NCBI GenBank assembly: GCA_039630545.1 | Contig: JBCNUU010000001.1 | Span: forward strand, 203,175 to 267,174 | Reading direction: 5' to 3' | DNA from: Endomicrobiia bacterium | Lineage (GTDB): Bacteria > Elusimicrobiota > Endomicrobiia > DTEH01 | Length of the DNA stretch: 64,000 nt | Shown: in pieces, positions 1 through 10,791 of the stretch | Numbering within the stretch: position 1 is the first letter of the stretch | How the letters are laid out: every line of letters begins with the position of its first letter | The notes under the pieces: model-generated | What the model was told of the DNA's origin: nothing | What the model saw: the letters and a program-made list of their open reading frames with translations, nothing else | Database searches by the model: none | Program-made: the position numbers and the translations under genes

Positions 1-966
1 GAACGACTTCCTAATTGTAAGATATATTTTTTGACTTTACTTCGTAATAAAGAACTACTCGAAGGGTATAAACACATAATTGATGGATGTGTTTTTCTAG
101 ATATAGACAAAAGCTTCCTAAAATTTATATATGACTTAATTAAAATTTTAATAACGATTCGAAAATTAAAGTTAAGTCTATTAATAGACTTAGAATTTTT
201 TACAAGATTTTCTGCGATTATTTCATATCTAAGTGGTGTAAAAAATAAAGCAGGCTTTGCAGCATGGGAGGTTTGGAGGGGTTTTCTTCATACAACAACA
301 GTTCCATTCAATAGATATTGGCATGTAAAGAAAAATTTTACAAATTTAATTTCTAAAGCGCTTAAAAAAGATATAGATTTTGATAGTAAGTTATACCCAC
401 CTTATTTTGAATTTGAATCTGAAAATATCAAAAAGTTTGATTTTCATAAATACATATCAATTAATCCAAATGCTGGAGAATTGGCATTAGAAAGAAGATG
501 GCCATATGAAAACTTTATAAACCTAACTAAAAAAATCCTTGATAACTGGGATGGATATGTTGTGTTTTTAGGTACCAAAATGGAAAAAAGATATGTTGAG
601 AAGATTGTTTTGTCTTTAGATTCAAAAAGAGTAAAAAATTTAGCTGGAGAGTTGTCTTTTAAAGATTTGGTTTTAGTACTTAAAAACTCAATTTTGTTAA
701 TCACAAATGATAGTGGACCACTTCATTTAGCAGTGGCGTTAGATGTTCCCACAATTTCATTTTTTGGGCCAGAGACTCCTGTTCTTTATGGCCCTTTAGA
801 AAAAAAACACGTAGTGTTTTTCAAAGATTTGGATTGTAGTCCGTGTATAAATGTTCACACTGGTAAAATAGTAAGATGTATTAAACCTTTACCAGAATGT
901 ATGACAAAAATTTCACCAGAAGAAGTATGGAAGACTATAAAAGAAAAAATTTATGCAACAACATAG
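1..966 (+). CDS. GT9 family (ADP-heptose:LPS heptosyltransferase-like) glycosyltransferase, 5'-truncated by the window edge
   Basis: Frame is open from base 1; motifs INPNAG..RRWP, NLAGELS, ITNDSGPLHLAVAL, FFGPE; C-terminal CSPC..C..CM. Confidence 0.85.
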   Translation, partial: ERLPNCKIYFLTLLRNKELLEGYKHIIDGCVFLDIDKSFLKFIYDLIKILITIRKLKLSLLIDLEFFTRFSAIISYLSGVKNKAGFAAWEVWRGFLHTTTVPFNRYWHVKKNFTNLISKALKKDIDFDSKLYPPYFEFESENIKKFDFHKYISINPNAGELALERRWPYENFINLTKKILDNWDGYVVFLGTKMEKRYVEKIVLSLDSKRVKNLAGELSFKDLVLVLKNSILLITNDSGPLHLAVALDVPTISFFGPETPVLYGPLEKKHVVFFKDLDCSPCINVHTGKIVRCIKPLPECMTKISPEEVWKTIKEKIYATT

Positions 967-1594
967 TTTACCTTTGGACAAGTTGGTACCAGAATATAGA
1001 CACAAAATTTGGTTTATAAGAAAATATTTTTTAGATAGAATAAAAGTCTCTTTAAGAATTGCAGATATAAAAGACAAAGAAGTAATTCTAGATGTAGGAT
1101 GTGGAGAAGCAGTTTTATTAAAAGAAATTAATAAAATGAAAAAAAATATAGACTATTTTGGAGTGGATATTAATGAAAATATCAGATCTTTATCACTATA
1201 TTACAGAGGTGAATTTAGAGTATGTAATATACAAAATGGTTTACCATTTCAAAATGAATGTTTTGATGTAGTTTTTGCTTTAGATGTATTAGAACATATA
1301 AATAATATTGAAAAAGTTTTGAAAGAAGTTTTTAGAGTGTTAAAAAGCCAAGGTAGATTTGTAGTATGTGGACCTACTGAAAGTATGTGGTATAAATTTT
1401 GTAGATTTTTAATAAAAGGGACATTTTCTTCTAAACATGGACCTTCATCTGGAGAACATGTTTTTAGTATATATGATATTTTTAAAAAAATTGAAGAATT
1501 AGGTTTGTTCATTAAAAAGAAAACTCTACATTTGCCATCTTTTTTACCCAAGAATTTTGCTGGAGTTTTGATAACATTGTATGTTAAAAAATAA
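953..1594 (+). CDS. Class I SAM-dependent methyltransferase
   Basis: ILDVGCGEA motif I; LPFQNECFDVV; DVLEHI. Confidence 0.85.
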   Translation: MQQHSLPLDKLVPEYRHKIWFIRKYFLDRIKVSLRIADIKDKEVILDVGCGEAVLLKEINKMKKNIDYFGVDINENIRSLSLYYRGEFRVCNIQNGLPFQNECFDVVFALDVLEHINNIEKVLKEVFRVLKSQGRFVVCGPTESMWYKFCRFLIKGTFSSKHGPSSGEHVFSIYDIFKKIEELGLFIKKKTLHLPSFLPKNFAGVLITLYVKK

Positions 1595-2795
1595 AAAAAG
1601 ATATTTTATTTTAATATTTCTTTTATCGATGTGTGTTAGAATAGGATATTTATCTATTTCTAACTATCCAGATTATTCTTTGAGATTATATGATGCACCT
1701 TCTTGGGATGGAATTGCATGGAATTTGGTGTTGTCTAGAGGGTTTGTTGAACCTAACGATAAACCTACTTCCGTCCGTCCACCTATTTATCCTATATTCT
1801 TAGCTACCATCTATTATATTTTTGGCAGAAACTATTTCGTGATATATATTATTCAGAGTTTCATAAGTAGTCTTACCAATATGCTAATTTTTTTACTGTT
1901 TAATTATATCTTTAATACAAAAATAGCTTTCTTAACAGCTCTAATTACCAGTATATGGCCTGCCTTTGTGGTGTACAGTGGATTAATATGTTCTGAAACT
2001 TTATATGTTTTTTTATTTATACTTTTTCTGATTTTTTATTTTAAATCTTATGTTACTGACAACCTCAAGATGTATATATTGACTGGATGTATACTTGGAA
2101 TTTTAAATTTGACTAGATCTACGATATTTTTATATCCCATTTTTTTAATGTTTTTCTTTATGTTATTTAAATTAAATAAAAAAATTATTCTAAATAACTT
2201 AATTATGTTCTTGATAAGCTTAATAGTAATATCTCCCTGGACAGTAAGAAATTATCTTGTTTTTAAAAGATTTCTCTTGATAAACACAGCGGCAGCCGAA
2301 TTGTTTTGGAGTGGTACTTATATCCCTTGGGATGGAATTTGTAGACACAACAGAGATGAGGATTTTTATAAACTTTTTAATTTAGAAAATCCAGTAGATA
2401 ACGAAAGAAAGATGATAAAAGAAGGTATAAAAAATATTATTTCAAATCCTTTAGGTTTTGTTATTTTAAGTGTAAAGAAATTTTATAGATTTTGGTTTAA
2501 ACCTATAGGTTTTGAAATGTTGAGAATTTTTGATTTCAAAATGTTCAGCTTTATAATTTTGTTTTTTCATGTTTTATTAGTTATAATTTGTTGGGTAGAT
2601 ATTTATTTAAATTTTTCTACAAAAAAAGAAAAATTTTTGCCGTGGCTGGTTTTATTTATATACTTTACAGTGATGCATAATATTTTAGCTCCAATTCCGA
2701 GATATAGGCTTCCATTGGAAGTAGTTATGTTAGGTTTTAGCGTAAATGGTATACTTAGAATTTTCGGTTTGTATGAAGGAAAAAATAATAGATAG
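1581..2795 (+). CDS. GT-C fold (ArnT/PMT, GT39-like) membrane glycosyltransferase
   Basis: Polytopic; YD..WD..AWNL, RPPIYPIFLA, SETL, PWTVRNY, PRYRLP motifs. Confidence 0.75.
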   Translation: MLKNKKRYFILIFLLSMCVRIGYLSISNYPDYSLRLYDAPSWDGIAWNLVLSRGFVEPNDKPTSVRPPIYPIFLATIYYIFGRNYFVIYIIQSFISSLTNMLIFLLFNYIFNTKIAFLTALITSIWPAFVVYSGLICSETLYVFLFILFLIFYFKSYVTDNLKMYILTGCILGILNLTRSTIFLYPIFLMFFFMLFKLNKKIILNNLIMFLISLIVISPWTVRNYLVFKRFLLINTAAAELFWSGTYIPWDGICRHNRDEDFYKLFNLENPVDNERKMIKEGIKNIISNPLGFVILSVKKFYRFWFKPIGFEMLRIFDFKMFSFIILFFHVLLVIICWVDIYLNFSTKKEKFLPWLVLFIYFTVMHNILAPIPRYRLPLEVVMLGFSVNGILRIFGLYEGKNNR

Positions 2796-4416
2796 ACTGA
2801 CTTTTTTAGTTGTGATTAGTGCTTTTTTGTTAAGAATTTGGAATATAAATTGGGGCTTACCATATATTTATAACACAGATGAGTATAAATTAGTAAATTA
2901 TACTCTTAAAATGGGTGCTACTAGAAGTTTAAATCCTAAATTTTTTATTTATCCAAGTTTTTATCTTTACTTTATGCTTTTTGTATATTTTATAATATTT
3001 ATTGTAGGGAAAATTCTTGGTTATTATGCAAGTTCTATAGATTTTGGAATTAAGTTTTTAAAAGACCCATCAGTTATATATATTGCAACAAGAAGTTTTT
3101 CTGCGTTTTTTGGTTTTTTAGTAGTTTTATTTAGTTATATTTTGGCTAAAAAAATGTATGACAAAAAAATAGGAATTTTAACTGCTTTACAACTTACTTT
3201 TTTACCCAGTTTTGTAGAATATTCACATTACGCAAAAATTGAAATGTTTTCAACATTTTTAGTTGTAATTTTTGTTTATTTTCTTTATGAATATTTTATT
3301 CGTAATGAGATAAAATATCTCTATTTAAGTTGTTTATTTTTAGGATTAGCAATTTCATCAAGATATCTTCCTGCGGTGTGTATACCTGCAGTAATTTTTG
3401 TAATTTTTAAAAAGAAATTAAAGTTAAAATATTATGTTTTTTGTATTTTGATTATAATTTGTGCTTTTTTAATTGGTACACCGTTCGCTTTACTTGACTA
3501 TAAAACTTTTTTTAAAGATGTCTTTTATGGACATGCTATTGGAAATGAAGTTAAACGAAATTTTATGTATTCGTTATATTTAACTGTTGTTAAAAACTAT
3601 CTTTTTTTAGGAAGTGAAACATTTATATTAGGCTTGTTAGGAATAAGTGGTGTTGTGTATTATATTCTGTTTAAGTCATCTTTTAAAGAAAAACTTTTAT
3701 TAATAATTTTTTTTGGTTATTTTTTAATAAGTGCTTTTCACTATCATACAGAATGGCATTATGTAGCAGGATCATATCCATTTTTGTGTATTTTAGCCTC
3801 AGTATTTGTAGAGAATTTTAGGAAATATAAATTTAGCCATAAACTTATTTTTGCTATTTATACTATTTTGTTGTTTATTGCAGCAATAGAATCTATCAAA
3901 TTTGGCTTATCATTAGGTATTAAAGATACACGTACTGAAGCTAAAGAGTGGATTGAAAACAACATACCATATGGAAGCAAAATTTTGATAGATATGCATA
4001 CTTATTCACCTCAGATAAAAATGACAAAGTCACAACTTGAACTGCTTTACAAAAAAGCTGTTGAGTTAAATCATTATAAAAAAGAATATCTTTATTATCA
4101 AATTTTGGCACATCCCGGAGGAAATTATGGATATGAAATTTATCAAGTATGGCGTCCTTTTCATGAAGTTTCCACGATAAAGCATGAAGTAGAAGAAGCA
4201 CAAAAAATGCAGAGGCTTATTGACGTAAAAAAGGGATTAGATTATGTAAAAAGTTTAGGAATTCAGTATGTTATTATAAACAGCATAAACTATTCTGGAT
4301 ACCCACTTACTTTCTATAAAGAAGTTGAACAAAAAGGCTTACTTCTTAAAAAGTTTGTGCCTAAAAATAAATTTCAGCCTGGACCTACTATAAAAATTTA
4401 TAAGATTCAATGGTAA
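2773..4416 (+). CDS. GT-C fold (ArnT/PMT, GT39-like) membrane glycosyltransferase; paralog of 8976-10635
   Basis: WGLPY..TDE first-loop acidic pair, NPKFFIYPS, GTPFALLD, DTRTEAKEWIENNIP; ATG 2773 preferred over the ORF-track start 2746. Confidence 0.75.
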   Translation: MKEKIIDRLTFLVVISAFLLRIWNINWGLPYIYNTDEYKLVNYTLKMGATRSLNPKFFIYPSFYLYFMLFVYFIIFIVGKILGYYASSIDFGIKFLKDPSVIYIATRSFSAFFGFLVVLFSYILAKKMYDKKIGILTALQLTFLPSFVEYSHYAKIEMFSTFLVVIFVYFLYEYFIRNEIKYLYLSCLFLGLAISSRYLPAVCIPAVIFVIFKKKLKLKYYVFCILIIICAFLIGTPFALLDYKTFFKDVFYGHAIGNEVKRNFMYSLYLTVVKNYLFLGSETFILGLLGISGVVYYILFKSSFKEKLLLIIFFGYFLISAFHYHTEWHYVAGSYPFLCILASVFVENFRKYKFSHKLIFAIYTILLFIAAIESIKFGLSLGIKDTRTEAKEWIENNIPYGSKILIDMHTYSPQIKMTKSQLELLYKKAVELNHYKKEYLYYQILAHPGGNYGYEIYQVWRPFHEVSTIKHEVEEAQKMQRLIDVKKGLDYVKSLGIQYVIINSINYSGYPLTFYKEVEQKGLLLKKFVPKNKFQPGPTIKIYKIQW

Positions 4417-5945
4417 AAAGAAAAACAAAAATTGTATTTATAGTATATTTATGCATTTATCTATGTTGGCATTCGTTTTATTTAAGCAAATATCCTTTAC
4501 CTAATACTGATGATGTGTGGTTAACAGAACCTGTTTGGAGACTATTTACATTTAAAAAATTTTCTTCTGTAATTTTTGGAAATGTTTATGATTTAGATAA
4601 AACAGATACATATCATGGTAGGCTTTATAGTATTTTTCACTTTCCAATTTTATTATTTGGACTTGGAATATATCAAGCGAGATTATCTTCTTTGATAGCT
4701 GGTTTGATTGTTTTATACTTGACATTTCTTATTAGTAAAAAACTTTTTAATTTTAATATTGGAATACTTTCAACTTATTTTCTTTCTTTAACTTATTTAT
4801 TTATCAATCTGACTCATAGAGTGCGTCAAGAAATGGCGCTGGTAAGTTTTTTGTTATTGTCGTTTTATTTTTTTAATCTTTCAATAAATACTATCTCCAA
4901 AAACAAAAAGAAAGTGTTAATTCTTATATCTGGACTTTTTTCTTCATTATCAATTGATATTCATTTAAATGGAATTATAGTTGTTTTTACTATAACTTTG
5001 TTAGTTTTTTTAGAATTTTTTAAAAAAGTTAAGACGATAGAAATAGATGAAATAGTTTGGTTTGTTTTTGGTATTTTTTTAGGAATATTTTGGTGGATAT
5101 ATTCTCATGTTTTTATTAATTCTGAAGCGTTTTTTTGCCAACTTTATTGTATAGTACTTTCAAAACAGTTTATGCCAGGTTTATTAAAACTAACCTCAAT
5201 ATATGAGTTATTTAAAAAACTTTTTTATGATTACTTTTATCAGTATTGGATAATGACAGGATTATATAGGGGAGTTTTAGAATATTTGTTAATTGTAGGA
5301 TTAGTAATTTATTCCTTTTTTGTTACACAAAACAAAACATCAAAGTATATTGCTTGGATTATTACTATAATCTATTTTCTTCTTCCTTTATTTTCACGTG
5401 TTTCGCTAGACTACTGTTTCATATTTTATCCGTTTGTAGGCATGTTGTTTGGGTGTGTAGTGGCTAATTTATGGAGAAAACAAAAGTTTTTTGCAAAAAC
5501 TTTGTTAATTGGTTTTGCAGTATTTTCTTTTTGTTTCAACATATTGCCTATTAGTGTTAGATACTTTAAAGTTAATTTTAATAATTATGCAAAAAGAGTG
5601 TGTAGTTTTCTCCCTGCCAATGCAAAAGTTTTTAGTGACCTTCCTATTTGGTTTTGCCGTACAGATATACAGTATTATCTTCATCATGGCTACTATTTTT
5701 ACAGAAATAATAAGAATAAAAGTTTAAAAAATTTTTTTAATGAAAATCAAATAGAATATTTAGTGCTTTCTGAAGAAGACTTTAAGGGTAATTTAAATGA
5801 GTATCTTATTTATCAAAAAGATTTTTCAGAATTAAAATTAGAACTTATTGGTAAAGTAGAAGATAGATTTTTTGGCGGCAATTTTTCATATTGTGGTCTA
5901 CATAAATTTCATACAACAGGAATATTTAAAGTAAGAAATGAGTGA
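4410..5945 (+). CDS. GT-C fold (ArnT/PMT-like) membrane glycosyltransferase
   Basis: Polytopic; PNTDDVW first loop, GIYQARLSSL, RVRQE. Confidence 0.7.
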   Translation: MVKRKTKIVFIVYLCIYLCWHSFYLSKYPLPNTDDVWLTEPVWRLFTFKKFSSVIFGNVYDLDKTDTYHGRLYSIFHFPILLFGLGIYQARLSSLIAGLIVLYLTFLISKKLFNFNIGILSTYFLSLTYLFINLTHRVRQEMALVSFLLLSFYFFNLSINTISKNKKKVLILISGLFSSLSIDIHLNGIIVVFTITLLVFLEFFKKVKTIEIDEIVWFVFGIFLGIFWWIYSHVFINSEAFFCQLYCIVLSKQFMPGLLKLTSIYELFKKLFYDYFYQYWIMTGLYRGVLEYLLIVGLVIYSFFVTQNKTSKYIAWIITIIYFLLPLFSRVSLDYCFIFYPFVGMLFGCVVANLWRKQKFFAKTLLIGFAVFSFCFNILPISVRYFKVNFNNYAKRVCSFLPANAKVFSDLPIWFCRTDIQYYLHHGYYFYRNNKNKSLKNFFNENQIEYLVLSEEDFKGNLNEYLIYQKDFSELKLELIGKVEDRFFGGNFSYCGLHKFHTTGIFKVRNE

Positions 5946-6690
5946 TAAAGTTATATCGATAATAATACCTGTAAGAAACGAAGAAGATACAATAATTAAT
6001 GTATTATCTTTGTTGATTTCAAAATTAGAAAAAGAAAATGTAAATTTTGAAATTATAGTTGTTAATGACTACAGTACGGATAGCACAAGAAAATTAATAG
6101 AAAGTTTTATTGAAAAAAATAGAAAGGTTAAATTGATAGACAACAAATTTCAGGCTGGATTTGGACATGCTATAAAATATGGTTTAGAAAACTTTAGTGG
6201 TGATTATGTAGTAATTTATATGGGGGATGGATCTGATGATCCTGAAGATGTTGTGAAATATTATTATAAACTTCAAGAGGGCTACGATTGCGTGTTTGGT
6301 TCAAGATTTATTAAAGGAGCAAAGATTAGTGGTTATCCTTTTGTAAAACTAATTTTTAACCGTTTAGGAAATTGGTTTATCAAATTTTTGTTTGGTATAA
6401 AATATAATGATGTTTCAAATGCGTTTAAAGCATATAGGCGAGAAGTAATAGAAAATATAAAACCACTTATTTCAAACTATTTTAACATTACAGTTGAAAT
6501 TCCACTTAAGGCAATAGTTCGAGGATATAAATATACTGTAATACCTATTAAATGGTATGGAAGAACAAGTGGTGTGTCTAAATATAAACTTAAAGAATTA
6601 CAGAAAAAATACTTGTTTTCTGTATTATATGTATGGTTAGAAAAGGTTTTACTAAAAGAAGAATTAGATAGGAATGTCATTACAAAATAA
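5938..6690 (+). CDS. GT2 polyprenol-phosphate glycosyltransferase (Dpm1/ArnC-like)
   Basis: IIIPVRNEE, VVNDYSTD, GFGHAIKYG, MGDGSDDP, VFGSRF, DVSNAFKAYR, R..GVSK. Confidence 0.85.
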   Translation: MSDKVISIIIPVRNEEDTIINVLSLLISKLEKENVNFEIIVVNDYSTDSTRKLIESFIEKNRKVKLIDNKFQAGFGHAIKYGLENFSGDYVVIYMGDGSDDPEDVVKYYYKLQEGYDCVFGSRFIKGAKISGYPFVKLIFNRLGNWFIKFLFGIKYNDVSNAFKAYRREVIENIKPLISNYFNITVEIPLKAIVRGYKYTVIPIKWYGRTSGVSKYKLKELQKKYLFSVLYVWLEKVLLKEELDRNVITK

Positions 6691-7402
6691 AAATTTAGAA
6701 AAAATTTTTTTTGATAAATTTGGAGAATCTGGTTACGAAGTATTCAAAACAGAAAGTTATATTAGATTTTTAAGATTTCTAAAAAATCTTGTTGTTCCAC
6801 TAGAAGGTCAAAAATGCTTAGAGATAGGTTGTGGTAGTGGTGCTTTTACAAGATTTATTAAAAGTTTAAAGTTAGATATAACAGCATTAGATATCTCCTC
6901 TGAATGTATAAAATATGCTAAGCTACATATTCCAGAAGTTAATTTTCAGATCGGTGATATAGAAAATTTACATTTTAAAGATAACACATTTGACATCGTT
7001 ATAAGTGGCGCAGTTATTCATCATTTTGCTAATGATCTTTATAAAGTATTTACACAAATCTATAGAGTTTTAAAAGTCAATGGCAAATTCTTTGCCTACG
7101 AACCAAATAGGAGAAATCCAATAATGTATTTATACAGAGATCCCTCTTCACCATTTTATTCACCAGTAGGTGTTACAAAAAATGAACGTCCATTAGATAA
7201 AAGTGAGTTAAAGAAGGCTTTGTATAAAGTAGGATTTTCAGAAGTTAAAATTTTTGCTACATCTGGTGTGTGTTATAAATATGTTGAAAGTAAATTTGCG
7301 TTAAAACTTTTACCATTATATAATTTGTGGGAAAAATTTTTAGGTATTACTCCTTTTGCAAAGGAATATGGTTCGTTTTTGATTATTTTTGCAATAAAAT
7401 AA
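6674..7402 (+). CDS. Class I SAM-dependent methyltransferase
   Basis: LEIGCGSG, LDIS, GDIENLHF.DNTFD, VIHHF, EPN. Confidence 0.85.
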   Translation: MSLQNKNLEKIFFDKFGESGYEVFKTESYIRFLRFLKNLVVPLEGQKCLEIGCGSGAFTRFIKSLKLDITALDISSECIKYAKLHIPEVNFQIGDIENLHFKDNTFDIVISGAVIHHFANDLYKVFTQIYRVLKVNGKFFAYEPNRRNPIMYLYRDPSSPFYSPVGVTKNERPLDKSELKKALYKVGFSEVKIFATSGVCYKYVESKFALKLLPLYNLWEKFLGITPFAKEYGSFLIIFAIK

Positions 7403-7405
7403 GAT

Positions 7406-8979
7406 ATGAAAAAATATACTTTTATAGTGGTTATTATATTTTATGCTATATTTACATTGTTAGAATTTAAATTTCAGCCAGTTCCTGCTTATTGTGATGG
7501 CTACTGGTATATAAAGGTTGCACAAAATATTGCAAATGGTAAAGGAATGGTTGAAGATATTGTTTTGTATCATTTTCCGCGGATAGAAAAAATGAAAAAA
7601 TTTCCACATCCAATCGGTAATTACTGGAATCCATTAAATTCTATTATTCTTGCCGGATTTTACAAAATTTTTGGTATTACAAATTATACTTCAAGATTAG
7701 CTGCGTTTATAATTGATTTAATTGTTGTTTTGACAATTTTTTTTATTGCTAAAAAATTATTTTCTGATGACTTATTTATAGCTATTTTTTCATCCTTAAT
7801 TTATATTGTGCATTATTATTCACTAACTTTAAGAGCTTTTTCGGGATTACCAGAAACTTATACTACTTTGTTTTTAGTTCCAGCATTGTATTTTTTATAT
7901 CTTTCGTTAACAAAAAGATGGGATTATGTTATTCTATCTTCTTTATTTGGTGGTCTTTCATATTTATCCAGAAATGAGTCCGGAATTTATGTAATTTTAT
8001 TATTAGTGTTATTTATATTAAGAAAAAAATATAAAGAAAATTTTAGGTGGTTTTTAACTGGTATTTTGATATTTTTGATTACAGTAAGTTGGTGGGAGAT
8101 AAGAAATTTTGTTATTTTTGGCAAATATACAGGTGAAATGAAGAAAAATTTGTTGTTATGTAACGAATTTTTTGACTATATGTGTTTTAATAAGCAATGG
8201 ACAATAAAAGAATGGTTATCAGATGGAATAATGAATGTTGTTATAAGAAAGTTTGCTTCTTTGCATTACAAGATAGATTCTTTTATTTCAATTGTTCATT
8301 GGATAGTTGGTACATTTTTGTTCTATCCTTTATAAAATACAAAAATCATTTACTGCTTAAAATTGTAGCATTATATTTAGTTTTAACATATTTATCAGTT
8401 GGAATTTTATTTTCTTTTATGCAACGAGGTGGATGGCATGCACCATCCAATCTTTTACCATTAATTATTTTATTTGCAGTAGCAGGGATTAAAGATTTCA
8501 TTTCTTATATAGGAGTTTCAAAAAAATGGTTGTATTTTTTGGCTATTTTTGTTTTCATTTATTTTGTTGGAGGGAATGTTAAAAGATATAAGGATATCAT
8601 TGTTGCTAATAGCGTGGATTTATATAAACAGGTAGCTGCTGACATTGTGGAATATTTTTCTTCACAGAAAATTAGTTCTCCTAAAATAATGGTTAATGAC
8701 TCACCGATTATATGGTATTATACTAACTATAACCTAATACAAATACCATTTGATAAAGATATTGATTCCCTAAAAAAAGCTATTAGATATTATGAACCTA
8801 ATTATCTAATACTTACGGGATACTATCCTGTATCAACTCGCCGAATTTATATGGGCGAGGAGACAGATGAAAGTTTATTGCTGGTTTACTCTAAAAAGTA
8901 TCCGTTTCAGATACCTGTAACTGATGGCAATGGTGGTTATGAATTAAAAATTTACAAAATTCTATATGATAAGTTATGA
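7406..8979 (+). pseudogene. GT-C (ArnT/PMT-like) membrane glycosyltransferase split by one frameshift (ORFs 7406-8335 and 8197-8979); real lesion or assembly error
   Basis: N-half has D..WY..VAQNIANGKG, RNE, WWEIRN; one extra T in T5 at 8315-8319 would join the halves into a single protein. Confidence 0.65.
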
Positions 8980-10635
8980 AAAAATTTCTAAGGATATATT
9001 GGTTAGAATCTATAATTTTGTTTTTTTCTTTTATTATTAAAATTACTGGTATCAATTATGGATTACCTTATTCTTATCATACAGAAGAATATAAGATAGT
9101 AAACTATGCTTTAAAATTTGGTACTGGAGATTTTAATCCACGTTTTTTTGAATATCCATCTTTATATCTGTATTTTATATTCTTTATTTATGGTATTATA
9201 TTTGTGATTGGTAAGGTTTTAGATTTTTACAAATCAGTCTCAGATTTTGCATTGTTGTATTTTAGGAACCCTACTATATTTTATCTTTCAGGCAGAATAA
9301 TATCTTCCATTTTTGGCACTTTGTCTGTGTTAATATTATATTTTATTGTAAAAAAAATTTACGATAGAAAAACTGCTATAATTTCTATGTTATTATTTTC
9401 TGTAGTGCCTTCTGTTGTTGTTTCTTGTAAAATTGTTAGAATAGAAATGGCGTTAATTTTTACATCATTAGTCTTCTTTTGTTTTTTTTTAAAGACGTTT
9501 TATGATAGAGAAGATAAAGATAGTAATTGATCACATTGTGCCATCTTGTGGGTATAGGCACTTCATAAAATATATACCTGCAATTTTTTTACCTCTTATA
9601 TTTTATGTTCATTTTTTAAAAAGGAAAAAGTTAATTAATAAAACTACAATAATATGTTGTTTACTTTTTATTTTATCTTTTATTTTAGGCACACCTTATT
9701 CTGTTTTTGATTTTAGGACATTTATACAGGATATAAAAGGCTTGTCAGTAAGTTCTTACGGAAGACAAATATCATATATTAAAAATTTTTTTACAGTGAT
9801 GTCACATTATCTTTATATAGGGAATGAAAAAACTTCTTTATTTCCATTTTTAGGTCTTATTGGTTGGGGTGTTTTTGTGATTATGTTGTATGAGTTTATT
9901 AAATTTAAACAATATGTAAATTTTTTATTACTTTATCCTATATTAGCAAATGCAATATTAGTTATAAGACATTATTTTCCAGGGAAAGGTTTTTTGTTTG
10001 TTTCCTTTCCATATTTTATAATTCTAACATCTTATGGTTTAAGCAAGATATTAGAAAGAAATAAGTTATTTTTTGTTATTATATTTATGTTGAGTTTTAT
10101 GCCTTCTTTAGTAGAAAGTATTTTTTATAATATTTATTATTCACAGAAAGATACCCGCACATTAGCACTTGAATGGATTGAAAAGAATATTCCTCCAGGA
10201 GAAAAAATTCTTATAGATAGGTATCCAAACTCTCCACCGCTTAAAATGACAAAACAGCAACTTGAGAAACTCTATAAAAAAGCGGTTGAACTTAATCATT
10301 ACAAAAAAGAGTATTTCTACTGGCAATTAAAAGCACATCCGGGTGAAGGATATGGATATGAAGTTTATGAAGTTTACCACCCACCACATGAAATCGGGAC
10401 TATTAAGCATCAGGTAGAAGAGGCACAGAAAGTTAGAGAAATTATTGATGTTTCTTATGGTATAGAATATGTAAAACAACTTGGTATAAAATATATCATT
10501 CTTAATAGTTTTTCTGAAACAGAATTTACAAAAAAATTTTATCAAGAAGTTAAACAAAAATGTTTACTTTTTAAGAAATTCAAACCTAAGACAGAGCTTT
10601 ATCCAGGTCCTATCATATGGATTTATAGGACATAA
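8976..10635 (+). pseudogene. GT-C membrane glycosyltransferase, paralog of 2773-4416, interrupted at about 9520-9565 (ORFs 8976-9530 and 9502-10635)
   Basis: Both halves align colinearly with the intact paralog (YGLPY..TEE, NPRFFEYPS, GTPYSVFD, DTRTLALEWIEKNIP). Confidence 0.75.
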
Positions 10636-10791
10636 AATCTTCAAGTTTGTGATTTTTAAGTTTCGCTTTATAAATCCTTAGGTGTTTAATAGTAGATTAA
10701 AAAAATACTTCAATATTATTGAAATTAACTCTATAATTATGTAATAAACAACTTTAAGTTGATTTAATTAAACATCAAAGGAAAAATTTAT

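Noticed and set aside
10636..10791. T-box riboswitch upstream of leuS
   Set aside because: No T-box GGTGGNACC motif or terminator/antiterminator, and the region is too short and AT-rich
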